Of a stretch of DNA of 64,000 nt, positions 61,857 through 64,000 are shown one piece after another. The stretch lies in assembly GCF_009914755.1 (NCBI RefSeq), contig NC_060930.1; one strand, 5' to 3'. Position numbers and translations under genes: made by a program. Each line of letters starts with the position of its first letter. Positions within the stretch are counted from its first letter, which is position 1. The notes beneath the pieces are model-generated. The model had not been told where the DNA came from. It saw only the letters and a list, made by a program, of their open reading frames with translations, and did not search any database. This DNA comes from the human T2T-CHM13v2.0 reference genome, Homo sapiens.

Positions 61857-63434
61857 TACATCGTGTATGTCTTTAGTTTTCACCAGATTCCTTTTAATGA
61901 TCCAGGATCCCATCTAGGTTACCACACGACATTTAGTTGTCCTGGCTCCTTAGGCTCTTGGTTGTGACATTTTCTCAGACTTTCTTTGTTTTTAATGACC
62001 TTGACAATTTTGAGGAAGTTATTCTCCAGGCTTCTCCTCTATTAGGATTTTTCTGATGTTCTTCTCATGATTAGACTAGATTTATGGGATTTAAGAAATA
62101 AGACCGCAAATATAAAATTCCTTTTCATGTCATATCCAGGAAACATAATATCATCATAACTTATCACTGTTTATGTTTACCTTCATCACCTGCATGAAGT
62201 GTGTTTGTCAGATTTATCCATTGTAATATTACACTTTTTTCCCTGTTTCCATATCGCACTCTTTAGAAGGAAGTCATTATATGTAGTCTTAAAGGATGGC
62301 AAGTTTTATTCTCTTCTTAGGTTAGAGTATCTACATAACTTACTTGGAATTCTGCAAAGTAAATTTATCTCTTCTCCCTCATTGAATAATAATCATTTAT
62401 TTATATCTGTATGAACTCATGCATAGCTTTTTATACTTTGACTTATAATCCAATACTTAAAAAAAAGTTTTTCTGCTCAACTTGTTCTAGCTTTAGCCAT
62501 TGGGAGCACATTTCATTGGCTCCTGCACCTGTTTGTCTATTATTTGAAAATAGATAACCTCTATAACTTTCAAAAATATTGAACTCTTTTACAAAGAGTT
62601 TTTAATGTTTTTAAATAAGAAAAATGTCCTTCTTTAATACCATTACTATATGAAATATTAAAATATACAATTTTGACACTAATATATTAATGAATTCTCA
62701 TTTTTAAAATCCTCTTCTATTTCTGAAATAAACCCTTCTTTATCTCAATATTTACTTTCTAATAGACTAGTAACTTGATTTGCTAATATTTTACTAAACA
62801 TTTTATCATTTAAACTCAAATATGAGCTAAGTAGCTTCATTATATTTAATTATTTTATTTTCATTTTTTAATTTTTGTGTTATCATTTAGTATTAAGATT
62901 ATGCTACCTTCATAAAACCTAATGAAGATGTTTTCACTTTTTCTATACTTTCAAAAATTGAATATACTGAGGGAAATAGTAGTAACTTAATGGCTTAAAA
63001 TAACTACTCTTTAAGACCATTTGACTCTGCAATCTTTGGGAAAGTTAACTGATTTTTGTTATTTCTTCCAGTATTATTGAACAGTTAATACTTTCTGCTT
63101 TCTATTATTTAATTTTGTTTCAAAAATATCTCTAGTCTCATATATTTCCAAATAGAGGTGCACATATTATTCTTTTGTAATTTTCAATAATTTATTTTTT
63201 CTGATGATAAATACCATTTTTCTTTCAAATTTGTTTGTTAGTTCTGCAGGGGATGGGGTTTCTCTTTTACTTACTTAATCTTGCCATAGGTATAATTTTT
63301 CCCAAAGAAATACATCAATTTTATTTATCCATTCTGTATTCAAAATCATTTGTGTGTGCTTTCCTATTTATCAGTTCCTCCTCTTTTTTTCTTATGTTTG
63401 TTTTGTTGTAACATTTCTAGTTGTTAGGTAAAAT

Positions 63435-64000
63435 ATATAGTGGTTGTACTAGCTGGCATTCCCACCAGCAGTGTAAAAGCGTTCCCCTTTCACATCAATG
63501 CCATCATCTATTATTTTTTGATTTTTTAATTATGGCTATTCTTGCAGGAGTAATGTGGTATCTCATTGTGGTTTTGCTTTGCATTTCCCCGATAATTAGT
63601 GATGTTGAGCATTTTTTCATATGCTTGTTGGCCATTTGTATATCTTCTTTTGAGAATTGTCTATTCATGTCTTTAGCACACTTTTTGATGGGATTGTTTT
63701 TTTTTCCTGATTTGTTTGAGTTCCTTGTAAGTTCTGGATATTAGTCTTTTGCCAATGCATACTTTGTGAATATTTTCTCCCACTCTGTGGGTTGTCTGTT
63801 TACTCTGCTGATTATTTCTTTTGCTGTGCTGAAGCTTTTCAGTTTAATTGGGTCCCATCTATTTATCTCTGTCTTTTTTCCAACTGCTTTTGGGTTCTTG
63901 GTCATGAAGTCTTTGCCTAAGCCAATGTCTACAAAGGTTTTTCCAATGTTATCATCTAGAATCTTTATGGTTTCAGGTCATAGATTTAAGTCTTTGATCT
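63435..64000 (-). mobile_element. L1PB/L1MA-type ORF2 3' region, runs off window end
   Basis: tagtggttgtactagc...cattcccaccagcagtgtaaaagcgttcccc...gatgttgagcattttttcatatg antisense ORF2. Confidence 0.88.

Larger units (their letters stand above)
61505..62530 (-). mobile_element. L1MC/MD-type 3' end
   Basis: tttagagcagtttagatttacagaaaaattgaacaga...gatccaggatcccatctagg...ttagccattgggagc. Confidence 0.75.

Overview
This is AT-rich, CpG-poor primate (most likely human) genomic DNA, intergenic or deep intronic, dominated by interspersed repeats. I can support no intact protein-coding gene, RNA gene or CRISPR array; the only ORF-track entries I recognise as protein-derived are L1 ORF1/ORF2 fragments. 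Main contents: a full-length, disabled L1PA4-like LINE-1 (6821-13002, + strand, 12-bp TSD, 5'UTR retaining the ~129-bp ZNF93-targeted segment); a 5'-truncated L1PA3-like copy (48781-50116, - strand) with a very short ~20-bp twin-priming inversion; older L1 fragments; ten Alus; MIR/L2 relics; MaLR/ERVL LTRs; MER20/MER3/MER5/MADE1 elements; and a ~1.6-kb fossil hAT (BLACKJACK-like) transposase region. The best second-look items are mechanistic footprints of retrotransposition and template-switch mutation, plus several minus-strand exon-like segments that could belong to a spliced non-coding transcript (unproven). I found no convincing evidence of a new biological system. Subfamily names come from remembered consensus sequences and need RepeatMasker/Dfam confirmation.
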